DNA of 63,697 bases, the filler included, from Chrysochromulina tobinii (lineage: Eukaryota): the NCBI GenBank assembly GCA_001275005.1. It is 7 parts of 7 records of this genome, joined end to end, with 100 filler letters (N's around TTAATTAATTAA, not from the genome) between each part and the next. Parts side by side here need not be neighbours in the genome. Positions count along the whole stretch, not along the records: positions 25,487 to 41,175 come from JWZX01000973.1; positions 41,276 to 52,798 come from JWZX01000976.1; 5 more parts are not named here. One strand, given 5' to 3'. The notes beneath the pieces were generated by a model that saw only the letters and a list, made by a program, of their open reading frames with translations, was not told the DNA's origin and made no database searches. The translations under genes and the position numbers were made by a program. This document shows positions 31,384 to 42,249 of the stretch, piece by piece. Each line of letters opens with the position of its first letter. Positions within the stretch are counted from its first letter, which is position 1.

Positions 31384-34300
31384 ATGCCCGACGCCTGGTG
31401 GATTCAGCCCGTTGTCTTAGAACACCTGCTGCCGTGCCCAGGAGGCGCTACGTTTCAGCTTATCCAGACGTGGACGTCAGGCTTCAAGGCGGTGGTGAAA
31501 ATGGGCGTCTGGACTCCAGGCCGCCGTGTGCGCCTTCACTTTGCAGAGGCGGCGCCTTCATTTGCTCGGGCAACTGGCGCGACCTTCATCTCGAGCGACA
31601 CCAACTCGGTGCTCTTCGAGCTCGGCTACGGTCCGGGCGTCACAGCCACAGACGCCTTTGACCTGCAAGCCCGCTCGCCACCACCCGGCGCTGGTGCGAG
31701 CACTGTGCGCATCACATGCGAGCTTCCGTATCCGCCACCGCCGCCGCAAGCACCGGCACGCGCGCCTGCGCCCTCGTTGTGCTCTCGTACGTCCATGAGC
31801 GTCAGCGCCTCTTGGAAGGATGGCTACGAGATCGTGCTACGCTTTGCTTCTGCCGACTGGTGGCACCTTGAAGCTGGGACGAAGAGGTGGCAGCCTACAC
31901 CATTTGCACGACTCGTCCGCCTCAGCTTTGCGAGCGCCCAGGGTGATGCGCGGCAGAATGAGCGCGTGGTGGTGTTGGAACCGCCCATTGGCGCCACGCT
32001 CGCTCCAGGCCTGACCCTCGGCGCCGCCACACACGATCCCATCGAGCTCTACGTCGCTCCATTTGGCGATCCCGATCCGCTGAGCGAGCATGCATCTCTG
32101 AGCCAGCCTGGAGGTCCAGTCGGCGACTGGTCGGTTCGAGTGAAGCTCTCGGCGCCTCTGCACTTGCGTCCTCAACTCAGCTGCCTCGATCAGTATCCGC
32201 CGCCGCTGCCACCACTTCCACCGCCCACGGGGCCATCGCCACCTCCGCCCAGCACACCGCCGCCACTGCCCTCGCTACCGCCGCCGCCAACCCCGCGCCC
32301 GCCGCCACTGTACTGCATGCAGCAGGTGCGCTTGCAAGCACAGAGGGCGACACCCGAGCCTGGCCTGTACACCCTCACGTTTGAGTTGCTCTCCACCACC
32401 ACCGCCGCCGCTCGCGCCCACGCTGGCCCTGTCGTCGTCGTCAGCTTTGGCGACGCCGCAGGCAGCGGCGTTGCAGGCGGTTCGGCGACAGTCGAATCGA
32501 CGGCAGCATCGACGGCGGCGTCGCCTCTGTCGGCGCCTATCCGGTTGCTTGGCGTGCGAGGGGCAACGGTGGATCCCGGCGTTCTAGATCCTTCCCCCGC
32601 TGCCGCGTCCAACGTGCGGCTCCCCACGTCTACTCGCATACACTTCGCACTCTCAGACAAGGCCCCTCCACCCGACCCAAGCGGCAACGGCGGTGGCGAT
32701 GGTGGCAGTGCCGGCGGCAGCCGCGTATTGTTCAGCGTGCTTGGAATTGGGCTCACGCCTCCGCCAGTGAGCAGTGTCCTGTGTGGCATGTCGTCCAGCG
32801 AGGGGAGTGAGGCAGTGATTGCCAGGGCGGTGGCCGCAGACGCGCGGCCGAAGTGCTGTGCGGCGCGGCGAACTGATACGGCATCAGGCGCGACGTGGTG
32901 CATTGACGTGCGTGCAGTGGACCGTCGCTGCGCCGACTATGATAGCGACCTCGGCGCTTGCGAGAGTCACTTTGCCGCACCGGGCGTGCCTTGCGTCTGG
33001 GACCACAGCGACGTTGAGAGGCCGATCTGCAGTGCGGATGACGACGACTCGTGCCTTTCTATCACAGCCCCGCCCCATGCACCGCCTGCGACGCCGCCGC
33101 CGCTGCCCGCATGCCCGGACTATCTTGGGTTGCATTACAGGGTCACCGAGCGCGCACGGCAGTCGGATGGCTCTTGGACATTTGGCGCGTCGCTCAGCGT
33201 GGAGCTGCCGCAGCGAAAGGTGGTGGTGACCCTCGGGTACGTGGGCGCGGCTCTCGAGATTTCCAATCTCGTGGGGGCTCTCGTATGGAACGGATCCCAG
33301 ACGCTGCCGACGACCCGATTCGCATCCGGCGTCCTCTCTCTCGTCTCACCCAGCGGAAAAGGCGGAGCGCTGCGAACGTTTGGGTTCAGCGGTACACTCC
33401 GAGCGCACAGCCTCCGTAACGGCACAGCTGCGCCTCCTCTCCACCAGACGACCCAAGTCGACGATCTTCTCGAGCACCCTCTCCTCTCTTGCGAAGGCTT
33501 CTTCCCTCCTGCGCCGCCATCGCCGCCCGCGGTGCCCTTACCGCCTATTCATCCGCCGACGCCTCGGCGGCCACCGCCCCCGTCGCCGTCACCGCCGCCG
33601 CCGCAGCCACTCTCCCCGAGGCCATATCCGCCATCACCCCGAGCGCCGCCCAATTTCCCACTGCCGCGGCGGCCGCCTTTGCCTCCGCCGCCTCGGCCGG
33701 TTCCGCCGCCGCTGCCGCCACCGCCGCCGCCGCCGCCGCCGCTCATCCCAGCCAGCCTTGTGCTGCAGACGTCACGCACGGGCGGTGCAGGTGGAGGCGG
33801 CGGTGTCGGCAGCAGCATCGGCGTCGTCGGCAGCAGCGTCAGCAGCGTCGTCGTCGGCGGCGGCGTTGGTAGTGGTATCGGCAGTGGCATCGGCAGTGGC
33901 GGCGGCGGCGGCGGCAGTGGCGGCGGAACGGAGGCAAACCTGTGGGAGGGCACCGACTGGGTGGATACGAAGGGTGGAGGAGACTCGAAGGGAATACCGC
34001 ACGTCATCACCGCACACCGCAGTGAGGGTGATGTGGTACGCTTCACCTCGATGCCCGCCTGGAAGGATTTTCCCGCGACTGGCCGTCTACGCCGCGGTAA
34101 CATCTACCTATGGAATCTGGTGGGCACGGTGCAGCTGCCGCCCGGAGACTCAACGGGGTCGAGTGCACAGATCCATTGGGGGAATGGCGCGGTATGGACG
34201 CGATCGAGGGCGCCTGTGCTGCCGCCTCCGCCGTCAAGTCCGCCCTCTTTGCAGCCCTATCCCAAGCCTCTTACCAAGCCTCCGCTGCCCATGCCGTCGC

Positions 34301-35077
34301 TTCGTCACCCGCCTCGACGCCCGCCCCCACGGCCCACCCCCTCGGGCGCGCGCTCGGCCATGGCCTGCTCCGCCGCCCAGCGCGCCACCCGTAGTGACGG
34401 CATTGGGAGCGCTCGTTGGCGTCGGCGTCGCGCTCTATCACAGCGCCATCAAGCCAGCCGCGAAAGCACTGGTCGCTTCCGCGGTCAAGGCCGGCGCTGC
34501 AGGTTACGAGGTGCTCTCCGATGCAAACACGACCGGGCAAGTGCGAGCCACTGTCCACAAAAACCTCAAGGCCGCCACTACGCACGTTCACAGCGCCGCC
34601 GGCCGCCTTCACTCCGAGCTCAGGAATGTATCCTCAGCGGCAGCCAAGCAAGTGACTTCGGCCGCCGGGGTGCCTGAGTGGATGGTCGACGAGATTCAGG
34701 CGGGATTGTCCTTCGACTTGCTGTATGGAGCGATCGGGCTTGCGGGGCTCGTCAGCTTGGTTGCCACGTGGCGCTGCGTGAGACGATGCGCCTCGTGCTA
34801 TGGCCGTCACGACCGACAGCCAGGAGCTGCCCGTTACGAGCGCGTCAAGTGGAGCAGCGCGGCCGTACTGCCGCAGCTCGAGGAGGAGGAGCTCGAGGAG
34901 GAGGAGGCCGACTTTGGAAGGATGGAGGCGGTCTTGCGGAGCGACCTGATGGGCATGTCTCGAAACGACGCCGGGAGAGAGAATCTGCGGGACGTGCAGC
35001 TCGAGGGCGAGCTCGAAGTCGCGCTCTGCGCACTTCCACAGGCAGATCAGGAAAGGGAAGTACGGGTTTTTCTTTAG
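31384..35077 (+). CDS. Pro-rich cell-surface protein with CBM2-like beta modules and C-terminal TM segments
   Basis: Repeated modules (QTWTSGFKAVV; ASWKDGYEIVL) separated by poly-Pro linkers, plus a Cys-rich module. ORF 31288..34677 shifts near 34340 into the frame of 33380..35077, which encodes two hydrophobic helices. Confidence 0.55.
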
Positions 35078-35266
35078 GATCGGCGTTCTATAGGAAAGAA
35101 AAGCTAGCGTCGCGTGTCGTCGAGTAGAGACATAAAGTTGGGTATTTACCGCCCCCCCCGCTTGGTCGCGGGGAATGCGTTGTTCCATGTGTGCTCGGAT
35201 GAAGTCCACTGTCCAGAATTCGGTGGGAACGCAAAGGCCCTGAACAATTAGAACAAAGGGTCTAGG

Positions 35267-35672
35267 GATTTACCCAAGGGGGTAGGGGAGGGATTAATAT
35301 CTGGATTTGCACCCCTTCCTCATACCCTGATTACAAACTGAATGATTTACCCAAGGGGGTAGGGGAGGGATTAATATCTGGAACTGGATTTGCACCCCTT
35401 CCTCATACCCAGGGATTATACAAACTGAGTGATTTACCCATAACCCAAGGGGGTAGGGGAGGGATTAATATCTGGATTTGCACCCCTTCCTCATACCCTG
35501 ATTACAAACTGAGTGATTTACCCAAGGGGGTCGGGGAGGGATTAATATCTGGATTTGCACCCCTTCCTCATACCCTGATTACCAACTGAGTGATTTACCC
35601 AAGGGGGTAGGGGAGGGATTAATATCTGGATTTGCACCCCTTCCTCATAGAACCCTGTATTACAAACTGAGT
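35267..35672. repeat. ~77-bp minisatellite, 5 copies
   Basis: Unit gatttacccaagggggtaggggagggattaatatctggatttgcaccccttcctcataccctgattacaaactgagt starting at 35267, 35344, 35431, 35515 and 35592. Confidence 0.95.
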
Positions 35673-35903
35673 GTTGAGGGTCGTTTGCTGTTAATCGCAG
35701 CACTCTAAATTGCGCCCGCGGGTATGCTAAGGCGTAAGGGTATGCGCGCCGTGACATTGCGATGAGTAGAATCGTTTTCGGATTCGTCCCCTGCCACCCT
35801 TTCCCTACGCGCTGCATGGAATACACATGGAGTCATGCACATCATTCCTTCGGCGTCAACTCACTTGCACACGCTGTGCTTCACGCTGCGATGGGCATCC
35901 CAT

Positions 35904-36719
35904 CTATTGGTGGTTGAGGTACCATGTCGCGGCCGCAAGGGCGGCGAAGAGGATGCCGCCGGCCATGTAGACCATGGGGATGCCGCGCTCCTCGTCCTCT
36001 TCGTCCTCCTCGAGCAGTGCGATCTTGCCGGCAGGCTGACTCCATTCGCACGCTGGAGGCGTGTTCGCGGGCGGAAGCGCCTGCAGCAATTGGAACACGT
36101 CCGCGTCCCAGCGCTTGTACTCTGCCTCGTTGCCGGGCTCGGCTGTGAGCAGGGCCATTGCACATCAAGCCCGCGTCAGCGTCAAACACTGGGACAGGGG
36201 GCTGGGGCATAGGGCGTTCAGGCCTTCAGGAGCCGCACGGTCGTGCTCATCGATTTCGGCACGCATGGTCATCCTCCTGGAGCCGCAATCTCCCAAGAAC
36301 TTGTCCGTCAGGCGTGGGATATTCTGAAAGGTGGTATAAGTCGTGCTCCCATAGCCGAGAACTGCATGCTGCACGCCCACGAGCGCCGTCGATTTCATGC
36401 TCGCCTCAAGGCCGAGAATCTTGGTAAGCTCGCGCATGTTGGATGGCGGATCGCCGGCCCCATAAGAAGAGGTGCACACAAGGAGTACGTCCGCAGTCTG
36501 TGCGACGAACTCCAAGTTCTTGGCGGACGCGTTGCCGCCACCTCCAAGCTTCTTGGCGAGCTCATTGCCGGTGAGCACGTCCACGATCTCAAAGTTCGTT
36601 GCTGCGGCCTTCCACTTCCTGACGAGTCTTTCGAGCCCGTGCTTGGCGTTACCACTCTCCGAGCCGTAGACGCAGAGCACACGCGTCTTCTTCCCAGGCG
36701 TCTTCGGAGGCGAGGACAT
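35904..36719 (-). CDS. Flavodoxin-like (CPR-type FMN-binding) protein with C-terminal tail anchor; intron 36238-36143
   Basis: VYGSESGNA, VCTSSYGAGDPPSN and HAVLGYGSTTYTTF. A 96-nt GT-AG intron restores frame (HD P EPGNE); ends GIPMVYMAGGILFAALAAATWYLNHQ*. Confidence 0.85.
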
Positions 36720-36827
36720 TGCGCGCGGAGGCCGTGATCGCAACCTCGCTTTCCAAAATTGTTATCCCAAGTTCCGTCAAAAATTCTCAACTTGCAGATT
36801 CGACTGCCGCCCCCACACACGAACGAC

Positions 36828-39001
36828 TCAGCGACGGGCCGGCACTATCAAGTGGCGTAGCGCCGCGAGGGTCTCCGCCTCGCCCGCCGATCGCAACATC
36901 GCAAACGCCGTCTGCTCATGCCCGTGCAGCAGGGCGAGCGCCAGCGCGGAGCGACCCTTGCCGTCCAGTGCACTGAGAGGGCAGCCGTGGTTGAGCAACG
37001 TGAGCACAGTGACCGTGTGGCCACCGCTCGCGGCCGCATGGAGGGCTGTACCTGATGAGGGAGGCAATCAAAGCTCATCAGTCCTGATGAGGGAGGCAAT
37101 CAAAGCTCATCAGCCACCGCTCGCGGCCGCATGGAGGGCTGTACCTGATGAGGGAGGCAATCAAAGCTCATCAGACCTGAGGAGGGAGGCAATCAAAGCT
37201 CATCAGCCACCGCTCGCGGCCGCATGGAGGGCTGTACCTGAGGAGGGAGGCAATCAAAGCTCATCAGACCTGATGAGGGAGGCAATCAAAGCTCATCAGA
37301 CCTGATGAGGGAGGCAATCAAAGCATGGAGGGCTGTACCGCTCCCGGAGGCGTCGAGGGCGCCCGCGACGGCGCCGGTGTGGAGGAGCACGAGGGCGAGC
37401 CCGGTGCGTCCAGCGCCCGCGGCCACGTGGAGGGCGCGCTGCTTGGCCGGGTCCGTCACGGAGGTGGCGCCCGCGACGGCGCTCATGGCAGTTGGGAGAT
37501 CGGCTTTGTTGATGGCGCTCTCGCGGGCGGCTGCGGCGTCGAGGAGCGCGTCGACGATGGCCGTATGACCGAGCGTCGCGGCCACATCGAGCGCCTCGCG
37601 CTCGTCGTCGGGGCTGAGCGTCGCACCGGGCGCGGCGGCGGCGGAGCCTGCAGCGGATGCGGCGGCCGCGGCCCTGGCAGAGTGGCGAAGCAGCAGCGCC
37701 ACCAGAGGCAATGAGCCCGCCGCCGCAGCCGTCGTCAGAGGGCCACGTACCTCCTTTGCCACTTCGACAGCTGCGCTTGTCGCGCTGGTGCCCGGCGCAG
37801 CGCCCGTCGTGGAGGGTGCACCCGCCGTCTCGGCACGAGGCGCCGTCTCGGCACGAGGCGCCGTCTCGGTACGAGGCGCCGTCTCGGTACGAGGCGCCGT
37901 CTCGAGCGCGAGAGGCGCTCCGGCGTCGAGCAGCCTCATCGCGGCCACCTCCATCCCCTCGGCACAGCACACGAGCAACGCACCCCTTAGCAGCGCCTGC
38001 GTGGCGCCTCGCAGGGCGGCCTCTGCCGTGGCCGCGTCCTCCGCCGCCCCGGTACGCAGCAGCACCGCGAGCGCCGCTGCGTGGTTGCCTGTCACCGCCA
38101 AGCGTAGCGCCGTCTCGCCACGCTCGTTCATGCTGCACGCGGCGCGAGAGGCGGCGGCCGCTCCACTGGTCTCGTCACGGCTGAGAAGCATCTGGCTCAG
38201 GAGGGGCGCATCGCCCGCCGCCGCCGCCAGGTGTGCCGGGCAATTCCCACGGCTGTCGGCCACTGCCGGGTCTGCGCGCGCGCCGAGCAGCGCAGTTACC
38301 GTGTCCCCGTGCTTTCGGAACGTGGCCAAAAAGAGTGGCGTGGCGCCGTCGCTGTTGCGCGCATCGACGGCCGAGCCGCCCGCAATGAGCGCCTCGAGCG
38401 TCGGCGTCGCACCGGCCAGCGCGGCGTAGTGCACCGGCTGGTTGCCATGCCGGTCGCATGCGTGGACCGACGCGCCCGCCCGCAGCAGCGCCACCACCAC
38501 CGTTGCGCGCCCGCCCAGGGATGCACGTAGCAGCGCAGTGTGGCCGTTTTCGTCGAGCGCGTCCACGGCGGTGCCCGACGCAAGCGCCTCCTGCACGCCG
38601 GCAACGTTGCCTTGCTCTGCCGCGCTAAACAGCCTTCGCTCAACCGTGGATCGCACGCCCGCCGTGGAGACTGCTCGCACCGAGTAGGAGAGGGAGATGG
38701 AAGAAACCCATGACTCCGAGTTGGTCCACGTGAGCCGGCATGCGTCCACGCCGGCGCTGACGAAGAGCTGACCCTTGGATTTCGGCTGCAGCTCGTCGAG
38801 GAGCAGCTTGCCACTCTGCGTGTGGACAGTGAAGTGCACGCCCTCCTCGCTCGCCTCGCCATACTCGTACACGATGTACGAGCCCGACGCCGCGTCGAGC
38901 GGTACGAGCAGCTCGTGCGCCGCTCGCGCCGCGATCGAATACTCGCTCACGGAGAAACGAATCGCGGTCTTGAGCGCCTCGACCAGATTCGGCGCCGCCA
39001 T
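36828..39001 (-). CDS. GOLD-like domain + ankyrin repeat protein; intron 37338-37052
   Basis: N-terminal ...CRLTWTNSESWVSSISLSYSV (GOLD-like); many ankyrin repeats (GHTALLRA, GNQPVHYAA, GATPLFLA). Splicing gives SGSG|TALHAAASGGH...GRSALALA. Confidence 0.85.
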
Positions 39002-39148
39002 GCGTTTCCTGTGAAGGAAAAGAGAAAAGAAGCGACATCTAGCTCTGCCAGTTGCTCTACCTCTCCTTACACTTCTCCTTACACACCATATTTTTCCGTT
39101 CGAGTTCGAAAATTTTGTCGAGTGTGAAATTCGCGGAGACTTTCGGAT

Positions 39149-40273
39149 ATGCCAGGCTGGTACGCGCGCTCGGAGGAGCCTCTCCCGCTGTACTCGGCAT
39201 GGCCGAGCCGCGATGGCACGATGGAGCGCAATTTTTCCAGCGTGGAGCTTGCGCGGGGCCGAACGGACCGCGGTGAATCAGGGCTGTTCAAGGAGGGCGT
39301 TTATCAAGGGCACTACTCGAGGGGCGATGGCCTGCGAGAGGGGAGTCTGAGCCCGAACTTTTTCACCGGGCCGATGGAAAGCCATCGGGCCGCACGTCTG
39401 CGATCCACCTCGGCCCGCCAAAACCGCCATCCATCGCCTCGGCGTGCTCAACGGTATATCGACCCTGACACGCTCCACGGCCACTACCAAGACATACCCA
39501 TGTACGCAGCCGAGGCGCCGCAGCCACGGGCAGCACCGCGGATGGCGCCTGTTGCAGCCGTGAAGGCTCCGAGCGAGCTCGAGATCTTGATCGGCTGGCC
39601 GCAGTGGATGCCCGAAGGCGCTAGCGCCGTCTATGTGACTGCCGAGACGGATGCCGGCGAATTCACGCAGTCAGAGCGCATGCACGCATCGCAGCCACCG
39701 AGCACGCACGGGCGCGACGGCCTGGGCGGCGCGCTGCTCCTCCCGGGGACCAATGCGAGCAGCGTGACGCTCCACGTCATGGCAGAGTACGGCGGCGGGC
39801 GGTTCGGCCCGCCGTCTCATCGTGGGATTTCTGTTGGCGGGACGACCATCAAGCTGCCCGAGAGCACAGTGGCACAAGGGGCTGGGGTGGCAGCGCGCCC
39901 GAGTCGACGCATACTAGAGCTGCTCGCACCGCTCGACATCTCGGTCGAGCTCGGCTACACGACAGAGGCCGTGCCTGCCAGTGCTCGTCCGCCATCCGTC
40001 GTTCAGCCGCCACCGTTGCCAGTCTCGCGCGCGGAGGCCATGTCGCGCGCCTTCTCTAAGCAGCGGGATGCCATGCGAGATGCCATGCGAGATGCACGCC
40101 CAGGGCCGATGATGCCGCCGCAAACGCCGACTTATGACGGCTGGGAGTACGACCAGCAGTATTCGCAGCCCTCATACAGGCAGCAGTTCTCGCAGCCCTC
40201 CTACGGTCAGGAGCCTGGTGACGTCAGAATCAGCAGGCCAGCAGCCTTGCGGTACTACAGGCATGGTAGCTAG
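39149..40273 (+). CDS. Hypothetical protein
   Basis: 374-aa ORF divergent from the ankyrin gene; central beta-rich segment; no family recognised. Confidence 0.5.
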   Translation: MPGWYARSEEPLPLYSAWPSRDGTMERNFSSVELARGRTDRGESGLFKEGVYQGHYSRGDGLREGSLSPNFFTGPMESHRAARLRSTSARQNRHPSPRRAQRYIDPDTLHGHYQDIPMYAAEAPQPRAAPRMAPVAAVKAPSELEILIGWPQWMPEGASAVYVTAETDAGEFTQSERMHASQPPSTHGRDGLGGALLLPGTNASSVTLHVMAEYGGGRFGPPSHRGISVGGTTIKLPESTVAQGAGVAARPSRRILELLAPLDISVELGYTTEAVPASARPPSVVQPPPLPVSRAEAMSRAFSKQRDAMRDAMRDARPGPMMPPQTPTYDGWEYDQQYSQPSYRQQFSQPSYGQEPGDVRISRPAALRYYRHGS

Positions 40274-40805
40274 CTAGGCACGATAGATGATACTAGGCGG
40301 GCCGCCGCAATCTCACGACAGGACTAGAAGCTAGTACCGTACGACGAGAGTGAGCTGGTCGTCTACTTCTAGAGCAGCCGTTGGGCCGTTGCGCACGGCA
40401 CCGAGTGGCACACGAGTCACGACAGTCTCGTCGTGTGTCTGCTCACGGCGGTCGACGCGTCGCTCCGGTATGAACAAATTGCAGCACTTTTAGTAATATG
40501 GAAAGTGCGACTATAGCCTGTCCCGCGACTCCGCGTCCGGATCTATCCGAAGGAACAAGGTGATCGATCGTTAGCCACGGCGCCTCGGAAGGCGGCTCGC
40601 CCTCGGCGCACCCTCTCGGGGCTCGGGTCGCGTAGGTTCCGCCGTGCGGCCGCACTGAGGGACTACAAACCAACCAGCGCAGCGCGACTGCGTTGATCAT
40701 GCCTGTCGGATGATCGACAACAACGTTGTCGCACACCTGCCGACTCCGTCGGACGGGACTCTCTCGGGACTCACAAGAATAACAAGAGCGCCCTTATGAA
40801 AAGCC

Positions 40806-41175
40806 TTATGCGCTGCCACCAGCGCCACTTCCCGTGGAGCGCCGTGATGATGTCGCGCGTCGCTTGGGTGCGGGTGGATCCTGCTCTTCCCAAGGCTCTT
40901 CCGTGTGATCATCCTCGGTCCGAACGCGCTTCTTGGCGTCGGCGAGCTGCTTGCGCAACGCCTCAATCTCCGCGTTGGCAGCGGCCTCCTTTGCCTCGGC
41001 AGCCGCCTCCTTCGCCTTGGCAGCCGCCTCCTTCACATTGGCTGCCGATTCCGCCTCAGCGACGGCGGTGGCCAATCGTGCCGCCACCTGCTCGGCCATC
41101 CGATCGAGCTCTGCCTCGTGCTCCTCGATGCGCCGCCGCAGGTTGAGGTTTGGCACCAGCGCCGTACCGAGCGTC
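40806..41175 (-). CDS. 3' end of a U-box-like protein with coiled-coil tail (5' truncated)
   Basis: TLGTALVPNLNLRRRIEEH resembles the U-box C-terminus (L.PN..L+..I); Ala/Glu coiled coil follows. Confidence 0.55.
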
Positions 41176-41275
41176 NNNNNNNNNNNNNNNNNNNNNNNNN
41201 NNNNNNNNNNNNNNNNNNNTTAATTAATTAANNNNNNNNNNNNNNNNNNNNNNNNNNNNNNNNNNNNNNNNNNNN
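41176..41275. other. Artificial contig spacer
   Basis: N-run + TTAATTAATTAA + N-run. Confidence 0.99.
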
Positions 41276-42011
41276 TGTGGCGCCCTCCGGGCAACTTTTG
41301 CGGATGATGCGGATGGTGCCCGTGGTTGCACCCGGGCGGTGGACGCGCATTCGGAGGCGGCGGATGCTTTCCCTCAGCCGCAGAAGGCGGTGGAGACGTG
41401 TGCAGATCCTGAGGCGGCGGCGGGGAGTGGCTGTGCAGTTTCGGTGGCAGTCTCGGTGGCGGCGACGGAGACGGAGTTTCGCCACCCCCATGATCAGAGG
41501 GGTCTTCTGAGGAGCCGCCGCAAGCTGTTCCGGAGCCATCGGAAGAGTACGGCTGGTGCGGATGGTGCGGATGGTGGTTGTGGCGCCCTCCGGGCAACTT
41601 TTGCGGATGATGCGGATGGTGCCCGTGGTTGCACCCGGGCGGTGGACGCGCCCGCGGAGGCGGCGGCGCCGATCCTTCGTGTGCAGCTTGCAGTGTGTGC
41701 TCGTTGAGCAACGGTTGCTGAAGCTGAGGGTGGTGCTCGTGGTGCGCCGTCGGCGTTGCCGAAAGCTTTGCCGCAGCCGCAGACACAAAGTGGACCGCTT
41801 TGGCAGCGCTGCATGAAATCTTGCAATGCTGCTGCGCCAGCTGGTGTGCGCAGGCCCCGGCGGCCTTCACTTCTTCGCACGAGTTATACTTCGAAGCCAT
41901 CCTCACTTCGGCGGGCGAAGCATCACGGCCTAGAGCGTCGGCCTCCAGCGTCGATAACTTCGAGACTGCCACAGAGCAAGCCCAAGCCAAGAAAAAATGC
42001 AAGGCCGGCAT
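41276..42011 (-). CDS. Secreted His/Pro-rich protein with ShK-like Cys motif (3' truncated)
   Basis: Signal peptide MPALHFFLAWACSVAVS; CEEVKAAGACAHQLAQQHCKISC; repeated RPPPGCNHGHHPHHPQKLPGGRH. Confidence 0.6.
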
Positions 42012-42249
42012 TCCTTTATTTCCTTTTCTGGACCTGTTTTTATCTCGTTCTCGATTAGGGAGCCTCAATGGTCCTTGTGATTCAAATTCACGGTCAGTCG
42101 AAAAGTTTGTTTTTTATCTCAAAGGGTCAATCGTCATTACACGTACATGTGACTGTATGCCACGCGGGATTGTGAGGTTTTTCGAACCTTTCTTCACGGA
42201 AAGCCATTTCGCTCAGGTGCCCCTCAGCCTCAACACGTAGGAATCCTAC

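Noticed and set aside
35267..35672. CRISPR array or telomere
   Set aside because: Contiguous 77-bp units without spacers; not a short telomeric repeat and not at a contig end.
37052..37338. CRISPR array (30-nt palindromic repeat with ~31-nt intervening segments)
   Set aside because: The intervening segments are identical copies of the adjacent exon, not unique spacers; the context is a eukaryotic intron and there are no cas genes.
37052..37338. Hammerhead ribozyme or C/D snoRNA suggested by CTGATGAG and TGATGA motifs
   Set aside because: No GAAA core strand or stem arrangement for a hammerhead, and no box C-guide-box D organisation; the motifs are repeat units.
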